From: Ferruginibacter sp.
GTDB taxonomy: Bacteria > Bacteroidota > Bacteroidia > Chitinophagales > Chitinophagaceae
Direction: 5' to 3'
Length of the DNA stretch: 64,000 nt
NCBI GenBank assembly: GCA_046329685.1
Contig: JAXLUF010000008.1
Span: 7,108-71,107, forward strand
The translations under genes were made by a program, and so were the position numbers. Below are positions 51,247 to 60,027 of this stretch, in pieces. Each line of letters opens with the position of its first letter. The first letter of the stretch is position 1. The notes beneath the pieces were generated by a model. That model was not told the DNA's origin and searched no databases. It saw only the letters and a list, made by a program, of their open reading frames with translations.

Positions 51247-52173
51247 ATGCAAAAACCAGTTATCTGTATTGGCGCCTCTTTGGTGGACGAACTCTTTCAT
51301 GCCACCGAAACCATGCTCCTGGCCACCACCAATAATGCCACTGTAACCAAAACTGCCGGCGGCGTAAGCCGCAATATCGCTCACCAGCTGGCGCTGCTGG
51401 GGGTACCGGTACAGCTGATCAGTGTTTTTGGAAATGACAGTGATGGCGACTGGCTGAAACAAATTTGCCTTGCTGCCGGAGTGAAACTGGATGCCAGTAT
51501 CACCAAGGAAGGACTGACGGGAAAATATACCGGTATCCTGGATGCCGACGGATCACTGTTTTCTGCATTCCTTACCAATTCGGCCAATCACCTGATTACA
51601 CCCGAACATTTATCAAAGCATACCGACCTTTTATCCAGTGCGGCTTATTTATTGGCCGATGCCAATATTAATGTGGATACGGCGCACTGGCTGCTGGATT
51701 TCAGCCGGGCTACCGGTATTCCTTTTATCATCGAACCCGTATCGGTGCCCCCGGCACAAAAATTCAGGAATGCCAACCTGCAGGGTCTTCATCTTATCAC
51801 CCCTAATGAAGATGAACTGCCGGTGCTTTGTTCCGAATCGGCCTTTCTTACCCAGCTGCAGGTGGAGGAGCTGCTGAACCGTGGCGTGGAGCATATCTGG
51901 CTGCATAATGGGAAACATGGATCGGCACTGTATTCAAAAGAAAAAGCGATAACGCTGCATGCGCCCCTGATAGAAGTGGTGGATTGCACGGGGGCCGGTG
52001 ACGGGTCCCTTTCGGGCTACCTCCTGGCCCGCTACCTCGGCCGTGAGGGAATGGATTGCCTGAAGCTGGCGCATACGCTTTCGGCAGAGATCCTGCAGGT
52101 GAATGGCGCTATCGCCACCCATCTTAACCAGGAAAAACTGCTGCAACTGGTTCACAAATATTATCCCGATTAA
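51247..52173 (+). CDS. psuK: PfkB-family kinase, probable pseudouridine kinase
   Basis: GGVSRNIA, TPNEDE, DCTGAGD; adjacent to psuG. Confidence 0.8.
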   Translation: MQKPVICIGASLVDELFHATETMLLATTNNATVTKTAGGVSRNIAHQLALLGVPVQLISVFGNDSDGDWLKQICLAAGVKLDASITKEGLTGKYTGILDADGSLFSAFLTNSANHLITPEHLSKHTDLLSSAAYLLADANINVDTAHWLLDFSRATGIPFIIEPVSVPPAQKFRNANLQGLHLITPNEDELPVLCSESAFLTQLQVEELLNRGVEHIWLHNGKHGSALYSKEKAITLHAPLIEVVDCTGAGDGSLSGYLLARYLGREGMDCLKLAHTLSAEILQVNGAIATHLNQEKLLQLVHKYYPD

Positions 52174-52335
52174 GAATCGCTCCCGGGAATGATCAGCGTG
52201 TAATTATGGAGGAATGATAATACCGTTTCATTTCAGCGTAACGATCCGGGAACCGAATTGGAGTTTACAGTAGTACTGAAGTTTAATCACTGCTGTCCCC
52301 GCAAACGGGGTAATAATTGTCAGGGGCCTTTTTTG

Positions 52336-52363
52336 GTACTTTTTTGGGCAAGCAAAAAAGTAC
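52336..52363. repeat. REP-like perfect hairpin
   Basis: GTACTTTTTTG-ggcaag-CAAAAAAGTAC. Confidence 0.55.
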
Positions 52364-52399
52364 AGGAAAAATGTCTTGCTAACCGTAAGCTACAGAATA

Positions 52400-53305
52400 A
52401 TGAATGCTTTCCTGGAAATTTCTGCAGAAGTAAAAGAAGCCCTGCAAGCCGGCCGGCCGGTAGTGGCCCTCGAATCCACGATCATCTCTCACGGTATGCC
52501 CTACCCTCGGAATGTGGAAACCGCTTTGGCGGTGGAAGCGGTGGTTCGGGAAAACGGAGCCGTGCCCGCCACCATCGCCATTATGCATGGTAAATGTTAT
52601 GTGGGATTAACCTCCGAACAAGTAGCATATTTTGGTCAGGCGCCCGATGTGTGGAAAGTGAGCCTGCGGGATATGCCGTATGTGATCAGCCGGAATTTAT
52701 ATGGCGCCACCACCGTGGCGGCCACCATGCGTATTGCTTCCATGGCGGGAATACAAATTTTTGTTACGGGTGGCATTGGCGGTGTGCACCGGGGCGCCGA
52801 AACCAGTATGGATATTTCGGCCGATCTCACCGAAATGGCACAAACCTCTGTAGCCGTAGTATCGGCCGGGGTAAAATCTATTCTTGATATCGGGTTAACG
52901 CTGGAGTATCTCGAAACAAAAGGTATACCGGTGATCAGCTTTGGCCAGGATGCTTTTCCCAGTTTTTATTCCCGGCAGAGCGGGTTTGCTTCACCCTTAC
53001 GGCTGGATACGGCTGCGGAGATTGCGGCCTTGCTGAAAGCCAAATGGGAGCTGGGTCTGGAGGGCTCGGTATTGATCGCCAACCCGGTGCCCGCCGAATT
53101 TGAGATCGATGCTGCGGAAATGGAAATATATATCCGCCAGGCACTGGCGGCGGCCGATGAAAAAAAGATCCGTGGAAAAGATATCACACCTTTCTTATTG
53201 CAATATATCGCTAACCACACAAAGGGCGAAAGCCTGGATGCCAATATCGCGTTGATTAAACACAATGCCAAAGTGGGAGCAGAGATAGCTGCGGCGCTTC
53301 GTTAA
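52400..53305 (+). CDS. psuG: Pseudouridine-5'-phosphate glycosidase
   Basis: VALESTIISHGMPYP, ATTVAATM, TGGIGGVHRG, DISADL, KSILDI, GKDITPFLL. Confidence 0.95.
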   Translation: MNAFLEISAEVKEALQAGRPVVALESTIISHGMPYPRNVETALAVEAVVRENGAVPATIAIMHGKCYVGLTSEQVAYFGQAPDVWKVSLRDMPYVISRNLYGATTVAATMRIASMAGIQIFVTGGIGGVHRGAETSMDISADLTEMAQTSVAVVSAGVKSILDIGLTLEYLETKGIPVISFGQDAFPSFYSRQSGFASPLRLDTAAEIAALLKAKWELGLEGSVLIANPVPAEFEIDAAEMEIYIRQALAAADEKKIRGKDITPFLLQYIANHTKGESLDANIALIKHNAKVGAEIAAALR

Positions 53306-53389
53306 TTTCCTTTCTCGTAAACCGAATTCCTGATTCTATAAACAAAGGGGTTTTTAGCAGGGCATCTTTGCGCAACCAAAAACAAACAC

Positions 53390-53929
53390 ATGTTGCCATT
53401 AAAAGATGCCACAGCGGCAAAACATAAGATCGCCGAACGCATGCCCTTTAACATACGTATGTTCAGTGGCCGGCTGGATAAGAACAATTACCTGCTTTAT
53501 CTTGTACAGCAGTTAGAGATATTCAGCAGTATAGAAAAAAATGAGTTACCGCATCCCTCCCTGAACAGGGTGGAAGCTATCCGGGCCGATATAGCCGAAC
53601 TGGAGGCCCAGGGCTGCAAAACCACCGCCGTGCTGGATGCCACAACAGCTTATTCCGGCTATCTCCGGAACCTTTCTCCGGATGAATTACTACCGCACAT
53701 TTATCTGAACTATCTCGCCATCATGTTTGGCGGACAAATGATGAAAACGAAGGTGCCCTCCTCCGGACGCTTTTACGATTTTGAAGATATGCCCGCTGCG
53801 CTTGCAGCGGTGAGGGCCGTTCAGAAAGATGAATGGGCCGGTGAAGTAAACAAAGGTTTTGATTTTACAATCGGAATTTTTGCCGACCTGGAAAACACCA
53901 TTATCAATCATGAAAAGGCAATGGCATAA
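53390..53929 (+). CDS. Heme oxygenase-like protein (short, biliverdin-producing type)
   Basis: LKDATAAKHKIAE (proximal His) and HIYLNYLAIMFGGQMM (distal GGQ helix). Confidence 0.8.
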   Translation: MLPLKDATAAKHKIAERMPFNIRMFSGRLDKNNYLLYLVQQLEIFSSIEKNELPHPSLNRVEAIRADIAELEAQGCKTTAVLDATTAYSGYLRNLSPDELLPHIYLNYLAIMFGGQMMKTKVPSSGRFYDFEDMPAALAAVRAVQKDEWAGEVNKGFDFTIGIFADLENTIINHEKAMA

Positions 53930-53934
53930 ATAAA

Positions 53935-54108
53935 ATGGGGATACTAAAAAATATCGGGCTCGCCGGTTTTCTCTTCTTTCTCATCAAAGGATTATTATGG
54001 ATACTGCTGGCAGTACTCGTGTATTACGGTGTACTGAGTAAACAGCAGCTGAAGCGCTGGAAGGCAAAGTTGTTTTTTTGGAAAAAGGGAAGAACTGTCA
54101 GGTCTTGA
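53935..54108 (+). CDS. Small membrane protein (57 aa)
   Basis: Not in the track. MGILKNIGLAGFLFFLIKGLLWILLAVLVYYG...; starts 5 nt after the heme oxygenase stop. Confidence 0.65.
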   Translation: MGILKNIGLAGFLFFLIKGLLWILLAVLVYYGVLSKQQLKRWKAKLFFWKKGRTVRS

Positions 54109-54128
54109 GAAGCCTCACAGTTCTGGCC

Positions 54129-55463
54129 CTACAATTTCTTCAGCCGCATCTCCACCCTCCTGTTTTTTGCCCGGTTGGCTTCGGAATTATTAGGCGCTAC
54201 GGGGCGGTCGGGTCCGAAGCCGATGGCAATGATCCGGTCTTCGCCCACGCCTTTGGATACGATATATTCCTTGCAGGCTTTCACCCGCTGGTAAGAGAGG
54301 GATTTGTTGTAATTTCTTTCTCCTTCGGAAGAGGTATGGCCTGATAATTCGATTTCGGCAGTTCTGTTCGTTATCAAAAAGGCTACCAGTTTATCCAGTG
54401 TTGCTTTTGATTCGGGTTTGATATCAGCCTTACCCTGGTCGAACAGGATATTGTCGAGCGTAATGCTTTGCCCCACGGTTAGGGTCTGGTCGTTGAACTT
54501 TGCCGATCTTCCTCTTTCCAGGTAAATCACCAGCTCCGGATTTTCGTCTCCCTGGCCGATATCGGCCGTACCAGCTCCGTCGGTAAAGCCGCTGGCGGAT
54601 GCGCTGATCACTTCAAAGCCTGTGGGAATGTCTTTGAGGGTGAATTCGCCTTTCTCATTGGTGGTAACAAGCGTGTTGTTATCAGCCGTGGAAACTTTTG
54701 CATTGGGAACAGCTGTTTCAGTCCCTTTGATCAGCACTTTACCATGGATGGTGCCCTTGCAGCTGTTTTCTCTTTTGCGGTTAATAAGCAGGCGCAGGAA
54801 ATCAATGGCAAAACCATCTGAAGCGCCTTTGGCTTCATCAATCAGAACCGATAATTCTCCGCCTGCGGCGAGAACAGGATACAAATCTTCGGTGAGGGGT
54901 ATGGAGATGAGTTTGCCCACGGGCCCGGTTTGGTCGATGGCATTCAGTATTTTTTCGCCCTCTACAAAATGTTTCCCGTTGATGAAAAGCTGAAACTGTG
55001 AGCAAAAAGTAGGCGCCTGGAAATCATCAATAAACAACTGCAGCCAGGCATTTTGAATCGTCATCTGCCGGGCGGCTGCCAGCGGTACATTCCAGGTAAC
55101 GGGTTTGCTTTTTACTTTATCAAAGGCGGCGGTATAGCCATCGCTGCCGCAGGGATGATCGTGCTGAAAATTGAATTTTGAAGAGAGCAGGATGCGGTCG
55201 AACCCCGGCAGATCATTATCGGCGGGTTGCCAGGGAAAGCTGTGTGCTTCCGTCATACGCCCGCAGAAGGGATCAAAATTTTCGGGCCAGCCAAAGCCCA
55301 GATTGTCTACGTCGCCGATGCGGATGATGCAATCGGCTTCCGTACTGTTTTTTACCACGACCTCCTGTTTGGCCCAGTCTTTATCGGCAGTTATGCTATT
55401 TACCTGGGCGAGGACCGGGAGGCAGAGGGAGATGGCTAAAAAAGCGAGTGCTGTCTTTTTCAT
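54129..55463 (-). CDS. OmpA-family protein (unknown N-terminal domain, carboxypeptidase-regulatory-like domain, OmpA C-terminal domain)
   Basis: Signal peptide; TTNEKGEFTL; ILFDQGKA, GHTS..N..LS..R, NRRVE. Confidence 0.85.
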   Translation of the reverse strand: MKKTALAFLAISLCLPVLAQVNSITADKDWAKQEVVVKNSTEADCIIRIGDVDNLGFGWPENFDPFCGRMTEAHSFPWQPADNDLPGFDRILLSSKFNFQHDHPCGSDGYTAAFDKVKSKPVTWNVPLAAARQMTIQNAWLQLFIDDFQAPTFCSQFQLFINGKHFVEGEKILNAIDQTGPVGKLISIPLTEDLYPVLAAGGELSVLIDEAKGASDGFAIDFLRLLINRKRENSCKGTIHGKVLIKGTETAVPNAKVSTADNNTLVTTNEKGEFTLKDIPTGFEVISASASGFTDGAGTADIGQGDENPELVIYLERGRSAKFNDQTLTVGQSITLDNILFDQGKADIKPESKATLDKLVAFLITNRTAEIELSGHTSSEGERNYNKSLSYQRVKACKEYIVSKGVGEDRIIAIGFGPDRPVAPNNSEANRAKNRRVEMRLKKL

Positions 55464-55613
55464 CGGTGTGTTTTTTAAAGCAGCAGGAAAATTAGTGATT
55501 AAAAAGTCAAAAGCAAAAAGCAAAAAGGGTGAAGTGCTTACAAACCCGTAGCCTTTAACCCGTAACGAAACATTCTCTGCATAATCTCTGCTCCTCTCTT
55601 CGCTGCGGTTACA

Positions 55614-56600
55614 CTAACACTCAAACACAAATCCCGGTACTGGTCCTCTTACATACCTGAACAATATCCGGGAGGGAAAATCATTAATACCCATGTGTTG
55701 GTTCATACTATAAGGAAGGGTAAGACTGGATTCATTTACCTCCAGCCGGTGTTGTTTATAAATGGTAAGATCCGTGAGCAGCAGCAACCTTTTAAAACGC
55801 TCATCATAACGGGCGGGAACATTTACTACCACACCCTGTTGGAAGATTGCCGGACATTGGTCAGGCTGGTTAAACAGGCGGCCGCTGTCAGCACTAAGAC
55901 TGAGCAAGGTAGCCAGCAGCTGGTAATGGTGCCCGTTATCGTACGGGTTGGTATAAAGCGCAACCGAAACGTTCACCTGCTCCGGTATCATAATAGCATC
56001 GGGGCATTGTGGCGCCAGGTTGGCATAAATATTTACAATGGGCTCCCTGACCAGGGCCTGCAGCATGGTTTCGGAGATGATCATATCCGGAATAAAATCA
56101 TCGGGCACTTTGTATTGCGTGGCATCGGCGTGGATGATGCTATGCACATAGTCCTGCATGCCAAATGCGTGGATGGTTTTTCGGAGCAGGCCGATGCTGA
56201 TCTCGTTCAGGTCGAGCAGTTGGGCCATAAATTCTTCTGGCGAAAACAGCGTGGTAAGTGGAGTAAGCAGCGTGGCGAAAGGTCCGCAGCCCGCATAGAG
56301 GATGCGCACGGGCCGCTCCGGGTGTTGGCTGCGCACATGTGCAATCGCCTCGGCAATACCTTGCAGGAACACGCGGGTGCGCATGTAATCGATGATGCAG
56401 ATGGCGGCCGAAACTGTGCTTACGGCCCGGCCGCGATCGGTTTCGATATGGGAGATCGTGGCCGGTGTTTCATCAAAATCAACGGCTTCTTCAAAAAGAT
56501 CTTTAAGTGCAAAAGCAGCTTCCCTGCATGGCACATATGCCAGCGGCTCAGCCATGAGCTGCTGCGTGCAGGTAAAAAGCCGGTCGCGGAACCCTGTCAA
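55614..56600 (-). CDS. SAM-dependent methyltransferase with a PRMT-like double-E loop
   Basis: ILYAGCGP motif I, HADAT, DMIISETMLQALVRE, MIPEQV. Confidence 0.7.
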   Translation of the reverse strand: MTGFRDRLFTCTQQLMAEPLAYVPCREAAFALKDLFEEAVDFDETPATISHIETDRGRAVSTVSAAICIIDYMRTRVFLQGIAEAIAHVRSQHPERPVRILYAGCGPFATLLTPLTTLFSPEEFMAQLLDLNEISIGLLRKTIHAFGMQDYVHSIIHADATQYKVPDDFIPDMIISETMLQALVREPIVNIYANLAPQCPDAIMIPEQVNVSVALYTNPYDNGHHYQLLATLLSLSADSGRLFNQPDQCPAIFQQGVVVNVPARYDERFKRLLLLTDLTIYKQHRLEVNESSLTLPYSMNQHMGINDFPSRILFRYVRGPVPGFVFEC

Positions 56601-56799
56601 GTTTTTTCAGGAAGTTAGGGGATGTGCAGGAAACTAAAAAAAATTATATAGATACGCCTGGCAGGTTGAAAAATGCTTTTCAGCCCTGTCATTCATTTGA
56701 AACTGCGGAGGAACGGGATGCAGGAAGGATCTCTTCACAGCACCAAAGACTTTTCGAAAATCAGCAAGAATCCTTTTTGAAAGGTTCAAATCTTTATTA

Positions 56800-58449
56800 T
56801 TACTCCAGACCGCTCAGCACAAATGCGTTTCCGTTCCATTGAATATATTCCCGGTAGCTGTTAAATCCCCGCCCTTTGCATTTAACACATTTCTTTTGAA
56901 CCACCACTTCCCGCTGGCTGTCGGGTTCTTTTACTTCCACCGTTTCGGTAGTGGTAACCGGCCTGGTTGTTTTTACCCACTCATAGCTGTTCGTTGCAGG
57001 GTTCCATACTCTTTCCTGTTCAACTTTTTTAGAGGTGTTTTTTACCGTTTTATAACTCACCTTACCCTCCACCTTTTCTGTTTTGGTTTCACTGATATAG
57101 CCCACCCCCTTGCATAAGGTGCAGCGGCTGGAATCTGACCGTTCGAACCGGATATCGGCGGGGTTATTGAATTTGACCAGCGAATAAAGATTATTCCTGA
57201 ACTCAACAGCATAATTTTTAAACCGGAAGGGCAGGGCCATCCGTTTGCCGTTGAGACCATTCACGAGTACCAGTGTATTGGCACTGTCGGTAAGCACGGT
57301 GGGTACGGCCATCTTTTCTCCCGGCCAGGGAGCATTGCTCATCTGCAGCCGGATATAGTTTTCGGCGGGCAGGAGATCGTAATGAAATTCCACAGCGCTG
57401 GTGCCGGCATTGAAATACATTTTGGTTTCTTTCTCGCCGTAAAAAATATCAATGCCCTGGGTGAAAAAATCATAGTAGCCATCCATTTTTCTGAATGCAA
57501 AATTCACCGGCTTTCCGTTTACCTGCAGGATCCTGCCCGAGCCATCTTCCCTGAACTCAGCCTCTATAAACTGATGAAGGGTTTTACGGGTGAGGGCAGC
57601 GGTATTGGTTTGCTGTTGATTGACATTTTTTATTATTACGGCAGCCTGATCCGGGGGCAGGAGGAGATTTCCTACCCTCACCTCCCTGCTGCCATCGGGC
57701 AGGGTGCCGATCACATAGGAGTAACTGTTATCATTGGTTTTGCCTGTTTCTTCGATGCTGGTATACTTCGGGTCTACCGATACAGCCGCACCAATGGTAT
57801 AGCCCTTCAGGTTGCCGGCACCCTGGGTGATCACCAGTTTATCAGCGGCGTTTTTATAGTGGCCCGGTTCAATCAGCCGGTTCCCCTGGTTATCTAAGAG
57901 GCCGGTGCCTGCCGCCGTTTGTACCAATACATAATTATCATTGTCCTGGAATTTGCTGAGCACCGGCGGTTGTGCGTACTCCGCTTTAACTGTTTTATAA
58001 TCATAGGAGTCATAGGGCCGGTCCCAATAAATAAAGCAGCCCCATTTTCCGTTTGATTTATAAGCGAAGAAATTTTTCATGGTGGCTTCATCCTTTACCT
58101 GGATTTCGGTTACATCGGTTGCCACCACGTTGAATTTATAAAACGGACTGGCAGCAGAGCGGAAATACCGGGCGATATCATAGGTTGAATCCTTCCAGCA
58201 TTTGTAATAAAGTGGAAATTGTTTTCCGCCGAAGTCAATGGCCGTTATTTTGTTGTAAACGGGCTTTACAAACCATTCCTTCCATTGTTTTACCGATTCG
58301 TTGATGAAGCCATATTTGTCGTTTTCCGTTTTGATCACAGACCGTATCTCCCGGGAAGGTTTAGCGTCGGTTTGTGCGTAAGTAAGTGCCGGCATGCCTG
58401 TTAAAGCAGTGCATAGCAAGAGCAGGTGAAGCAGGTGTTTGTTTTTCAT
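56800..58449 (-). CDS. Hypothetical secreted protein with WG-like repeats and a C-terminal CxxCxGxG pair
   Basis: Signal peptide; KYGFIN, GKWGCF, GLLDNQG; CTLCKGVG...CVKCKGRG. Confidence 0.7.
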   Translation of the reverse strand: MKNKHLLHLLLLCTALTGMPALTYAQTDAKPSREIRSVIKTENDKYGFINESVKQWKEWFVKPVYNKITAIDFGGKQFPLYYKCWKDSTYDIARYFRSAASPFYKFNVVATDVTEIQVKDEATMKNFFAYKSNGKWGCFIYWDRPYDSYDYKTVKAEYAQPPVLSKFQDNDNYVLVQTAAGTGLLDNQGNRLIEPGHYKNAADKLVITQGAGNLKGYTIGAAVSVDPKYTSIEETGKTNDNSYSYVIGTLPDGSREVRVGNLLLPPDQAAVIIKNVNQQQTNTAALTRKTLHQFIEAEFREDGSGRILQVNGKPVNFAFRKMDGYYDFFTQGIDIFYGEKETKMYFNAGTSAVEFHYDLLPAENYIRLQMSNAPWPGEKMAVPTVLTDSANTLVLVNGLNGKRMALPFRFKNYAVEFRNNLYSLVKFNNPADIRFERSDSSRCTLCKGVGYISETKTEKVEGKVSYKTVKNTSKKVEQERVWNPATNSYEWVKTTRPVTTTETVEVKEPDSQREVVVQKKCVKCKGRGFNSYREYIQWNGNAFVLSGLE

Positions 58450-58566
58450 ACGCAATGAGTGCAGTCGGTTAAGCAATCAATGGCAAAAATAAAAAGGCAG
58501 GTTTAAAAAGACAAAAGATTGGCAATCAACTGTCAGGGCACTGCTGATAACAGCTGCTCCCATTCC

Positions 58567-58821
58567 CCGCAGAGTCTCCCCCCGGGCAATGAGCGTGGCC
58601 GGGACTCTGCGGCAACGCAATCCCAATAACACCCATAAAATTAATCAGCACTAAATCCTAACTTCAGGGACACAAATGGCTGTCCGTACCCAAATCACAG
58701 AAAATAATGGAATTTATTTCATCAACATCATCTGGAGCAAGAGGAAATTAACCTGACATAATTTGGGAACCCGATACGCAGAGTCCCTGGCCACGCACAT
58801 GGCTAAGGAGGAGACTCTGCG
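58567..58821. mobile_element. Collapsed REP/RAYT (REPtron-like) remnant: two inverted REP-like hairpins flanking a truncated transposase-like ORF
   Basis: CGCAGAGTC...GACTCTGCG hairpins at 58567-58612 and 58777-58821 are inverted copies of one unit. Between them is the 26-aa ORF MAVRTQITENNGIYFI... (58676-58756). Confidence 0.6.
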
Positions 58822-58896
58822 AAGAAGCGAAATTCAAAAGGCTGAAGAAGAAAAGGGGGGAAGGCGTATGCTCCGAATTTTATTGCTGATCATCTC

Positions 58897-60027
58897 TTAA
58901 TGCTTTTTTTTGTCCAGCAGGATGTAATATGCCATCAGCATTAGCAGGATTACAGCGCCAATAATTGTTAATTGCAAGTCGTTGCCAGTATATTTATCGC
59001 CTTTCAGGAAGAAGATTCTTTCAATAACCTTTATAACAACATAGGATACGATCGATGAAATAAACATCAGCTTCGTCATGTTAACGGCTTTCATGGAATT
59101 TTCATTATCATTCGTTTCTTTTCTGCCGCCCAGCAGGGTGATTCTGGTGCTCAGCTGATAATAATTAAAAAAGCCGAAAATGATGAAAAGCGGAAGCAGG
59201 TAAAGAAAAATGTGCTCAGCCGTTTTTAAAATCTGAGTCTCTTCTTCCAGTTTTGATGTTCCGGAATCACCCAGGTGTGCCGGAACGCCTGTTTTAATAA
59301 GGGAACCCCAGACCGTCATCACAATATTCCACAAGGAATAGCTCATGGCGGCAAAAAGGAGGATATAGAAGCCGATGAAAATAAACTTATCGATTAACCG
59401 ATTGCTGTTATCCCTGATATATTCCCATATTTCATGAAGATGGTACTGAAGACTTTGCGTGTTTTGCGGGGTGATCGTTAATGGGGTCACGGACTGAGCG
59501 GTGCCCTCTGTTACCGCAACGGGGGTTTCAGCTGCAGCGGCTTCCCTGGGTGCCGCAGCCGCTTCACGCGATTGCAGCTTCAGCAAATTCTTGATTATTT
59601 TGGCAAGATCATTCGGAAAATTCCGCACACCGCGATCATATTTACTGAACGGGATTATTTTATCAACCCGTGAACCCACAAACTGATCAGATATTTCGGT
59701 GTTTGAAATCAGTATTATATAAAAGTCATCAAACCGGTTTGAAGCCACATACTTGGCAAATTCCAGGCCAATCCTGTCACTATCGTTTAACAGGTAAACA
59801 TCAATGATATATAAATTGATATGCTTGTAAGCTTCCAGTACACCTTTAAAATCACCCTCAATAAGTTTTCCGAGCAGGTAATTATTGTTGTTAAAAGACT
59901 CGTCGTTGTCGGAAAGCGATTTTGGGAATACCTGAATATCATTCTTGAAATGAGCTTCCAGGGTGCTCTTGATTGCAATGAAATGATCTGTGGTGTTCTC
60001 AATCAGTAATATGCTTTTTGGGCTCAT
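58897..60027 (-). CDS. Response-regulator receiver domain fused to a 4-TM membrane domain
   Basis: ILLIEN (beta1), YIIDVYL (phospho-Asp), RIGLEFA, IILISN, FSK; Ala/Pro/Thr linker; four hydrophobic helices at the C-terminus. Confidence 0.75.
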   Translation of the reverse strand: MSPKSILLIENTTDHFIAIKSTLEAHFKNDIQVFPKSLSDNDESFNNNNYLLGKLIEGDFKGVLEAYKHINLYIIDVYLLNDSDRIGLEFAKYVASNRFDDFYIILISNTEISDQFVGSRVDKIIPFSKYDRGVRNFPNDLAKIIKNLLKLQSREAAAAPREAAAAETPVAVTEGTAQSVTPLTITPQNTQSLQYHLHEIWEYIRDNSNRLIDKFIFIGFYILLFAAMSYSLWNIVMTVWGSLIKTGVPAHLGDSGTSKLEEETQILKTAEHIFLYLLPLFIIFGFFNYYQLSTRITLLGGRKETNDNENSMKAVNMTKLMFISSIVSYVVIKVIERIFFLKGDKYTGNDLQLTIIGAVILLMLMAYYILLDKKKH

